A stretch of DNA of 64,000 bases from an uncultured delta proteobacterium (GTDB lineage: Bacteria; Myxococcota; Myxococcia; Myxococcales; Myxococcaceae). The DNA lies in assembly GCA_963776345.1 (NCBI GenBank), contig CAVZMH010000019.1, positions 1 through 64,000 of the forward strand, read 5' to 3'. The stretch's first letter is position 1. Each line of letters starts with the position of its first letter. Below the pieces are notes generated by a model. It was not told where the DNA came from, searched no databases, and saw only the letters and a program-made list of their open reading frames with translations. This document shows positions 62,206 to 64,000 of the stretch, piece by piece. Position numbers and translations under genes: made by a program.

Positions 62206-62967
62206 ATGAACGTCCTGACCATCGCTGCTCAGACCTTCACCGAGGCCCGCCGGAACCGGGTCTTCTACTCGCTCTTCCTCTTCGCGCTGGTGGTGGTGCT
62301 CAGCTCGGTGATCTTCACCGAGGTCACTGCCACCACCGTGGACCGGATGCTGAAGGACACCGGGCTGGCGGCGATCAATGTCTTTGCCCTGGCCCTGACC
62401 ATCTTTGCCGGGGTGGGGATCATCAACCGGGAGATCGACCGCCGCAGCATCTACACGGTGTTGGCGAAACCAGTGAGCCGCCTGAGCTACGTCGTCGGCA
62501 AGTACCTGGGGCTGGTGTCGATCATCCTCGCCACCTCCTCGCTGATGTTCCTGGGTTTGCTGGCGGTGATGAAAGGCTACCGGACGGAGATCCACACCGG
62601 CATCTTCCTGGGCTTCCTCGGGATACTGCTGGAGGTGCTGGTGCTGGGAGCGGTGGCGGTGCTCTGCTCCACCTTCACCACCTCGTTCATCTCCGCCTTC
62701 ATCTGCACCGCGGTGTACCTCTCCGGCCACCTCTCCACGGAGTTCCTACGGGTGGTCCGCAAGTCGGCCGGGGCCCGGCGGGTGGTGGGGGAGACGATCT
62801 ATTACCTGGTGCCGAACCTCGAGCGTTTCAATTTCAAGTACCACGCCACCTACGACGTGTCGGTGCCTTCGACCACGCTCCTGGCAGTGGTGCTCTTCGG
62901 CCTGGCGTACGCCAGCGCCGCCCTCCTCGGGGCGGTGGTCGTTTTCCAGCGGCGCGACTTCCGCTGA
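62206..62967 (+). CDS. pilI: ABC transporter permease
   Basis: TFTEARRNR, REIDRRSIY..LAKPVSR...GKYLG, C-terminal FQRRDFR. Confidence 0.88.
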   Translation: MNVLTIAAQTFTEARRNRVFYSLFLFALVVVLSSVIFTEVTATTVDRMLKDTGLAAINVFALALTIFAGVGIINREIDRRSIYTVLAKPVSRLSYVVGKYLGLVSIILATSSLMFLGLLAVMKGYRTEIHTGIFLGFLGILLEVLVLGAVAVLCSTFTTSFISAFICTAVYLSGHLSTEFLRVVRKSAGARRVVGETIYYLVPNLERFNFKYHATYDVSVPSTTLLAVVLFGLAYASAALLGAVVVFQRRDFR

Positions 62968-62986
62968 GCGGGCGGCGCCAGGCGCC

Positions 62987-64000
62987 ATGCCCTTCACCGA
63001 GCCGGCGTTCCTTTTCTACTTCCTGCCCGCCACGCTGGCCGCGTACCACCTCGTGCCGGCGCGGCTGCGGAACCTGGTCCTCACCCTGGCCAGCTTCCTC
63101 TTCTACGCCGTCGGGGAGTGGGGGTTCGTCGGCTGGCTCCTTGGATCGACCGCGGCCACCTATGCGCTGGCCCGGGGCATCGACGCCTGGCGGGGGAGGC
63201 GCGCGGCGGCGCTCCTGCTCGCGCTCGGGTTGGTCATCGACCTGCTGCTCCTCGGGTACTTCAAGTACGCCGGCTTCGGCCTCCGCACGCTCGCGCGGCT
63301 GGGGCTGAGCCACGGAGCCATCCCCGAGATCCTGCTCCCGCTGGGGATCAGCTTCTTCACCTTCCACAAGATCTCGTACAAGGTCGACGTCTGGCGGGGC
63401 ACGGCGGAGGTCCGCAAGGATCCGCTCGACCTCCTGCTCTACATCCTCTTCTTTCCCCAGCTCATCGCCGGGCCGATCGTCCGCTACCACGACATCGCCG
63501 GCGAGCTCGTCTCGCGGCAGGTGCAGGCCGAGACGTTCGCCTCCGGGGTCCGGCGATTCGCGGTGGGCTTCGCCAAGAAGATGCTGGTCGCCAACACGGT
63601 GGCCACGGTGGCGGACCAGGTGTTCGGCACCGACCCGGCGCGGCTCGGGATGGCGAGCGCGTGGCTCGGGCTGGCCTGCTACACGCTGCAGATCTACTTC
63701 GACTTCTCGGGCTACTCGGACATGGCCATCGGCCTGGCTCGGATGTTCGGCTTCCACTTCCTGGAGAACTTCGATCACCCGTACACCTCGCGCTCGGTGA
63801 CCGAGTTCTGGCGGCGCTGGCACATCTCGCTCTCGCGCTGGTTCCGGGATTACCTTTACCTGCCGCTGGGGGGGAACCGCGTCTCACCGCTCAGGACCTA
63901 CCTGAACCTCTCGGTGGTCTTCCTGCTCTGCGGCCTCTGGCACGGCGCGAGCTGGACCTTCGTGGTCTGGGGCGCGTTTCACGGCCTCCTCTTGGTCACT
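62987..64000 (+). CDS. MBOAT O-acyltransferase (AlgI/DltB family), runs off the window end
   Basis: Read manually: LPLGISFFTF, FFPQLIAGPIVRY, QIYFDFSGYSDMAIG, ENFDHPY, EFWRRWHISLS, GLWHGA. Confidence 0.92.
   Translation, partial: MPFTEPAFLFYFLPATLAAYHLVPARLRNLVLTLASFLFYAVGEWGFVGWLLGSTAATYALARGIDAWRGRRAAALLLALGLVIDLLLLGYFKYAGFGLRTLARLGLSHGAIPEILLPLGISFFTFHKISYKVDVWRGTAEVRKDPLDLLLYILFFPQLIAGPIVRYHDIAGELVSRQVQAETFASGVRRFAVGFAKKMLVANTVATVADQVFGTDPARLGMASAWLGLACYTLQIYFDFSGYSDMAIGLARMFGFHFLENFDHPYTSRSVTEFWRRWHISLSRWFRDYLYLPLGGNRVSPLRTYLNLSVVFLLCGLWHGASWTFVVWGAFHGLLLVT

Overview
The window looks like two unrelated genomes joined at about 12,585. The left part (1-12.58 kb, moderate GC, Anaerolineae/Chloroflexi-like genes, many frameshifts typical of a low-coverage long-read consensus) carries an OLD-family ATPase/TOPRIM nuclease, a repeat-flanked GxxExxY gene and a SAM methyltransferase. 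It also carries a TPR/HEAT protein, Na+-translocating decarboxylase gamma/biotin-carrier/beta genes, a GH4 hydrolase, a PfkB kinase, an M32 carboxypeptidase, a sphingosine-1-phosphate-lyase-like PLP enzyme and the 3' half of an FGGY kinase. The right part (12.59-64 kb, very high GC, Myxococcales-like) carries truncated spoVR-yeaH-prkA, GT39, a POT transporter, AraC, an amidohydrolase, mltG-ruvX and an orphan T3SS-like substrate/chaperone pair. It continues with a Get3/ArsA pair plus phasin-like, ParA and PhaR-like genes, a zinc-ribbon protein, tatA, GDPD, an S41 protease, gshA, a degenerate Hsp70 fusion, alaS, trmB, ribF and the type IVa pilus locus pilB-T-C-S-R-A-A2-G-H-I followed by an MBOAT gene. 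The most notable signals are: (1) an in-frame UGA-UGA at the methyltransferase Cys-equivalent position followed by a SECIS-like hairpin (candidate tandem-selenocysteine methyltransferase); (2) an orphan HrpF/NolX-like repeat protein paired with a SycD/LcrH-like chaperone; (3) a 17-bp palindrome encoding EVSDTS on both strands inside two unrelated genes; (4) a possible storage-granule positioning module; (5) a tandem Hfq/LSm-like protein. All calls are by motif recognition only; no database searches were run.
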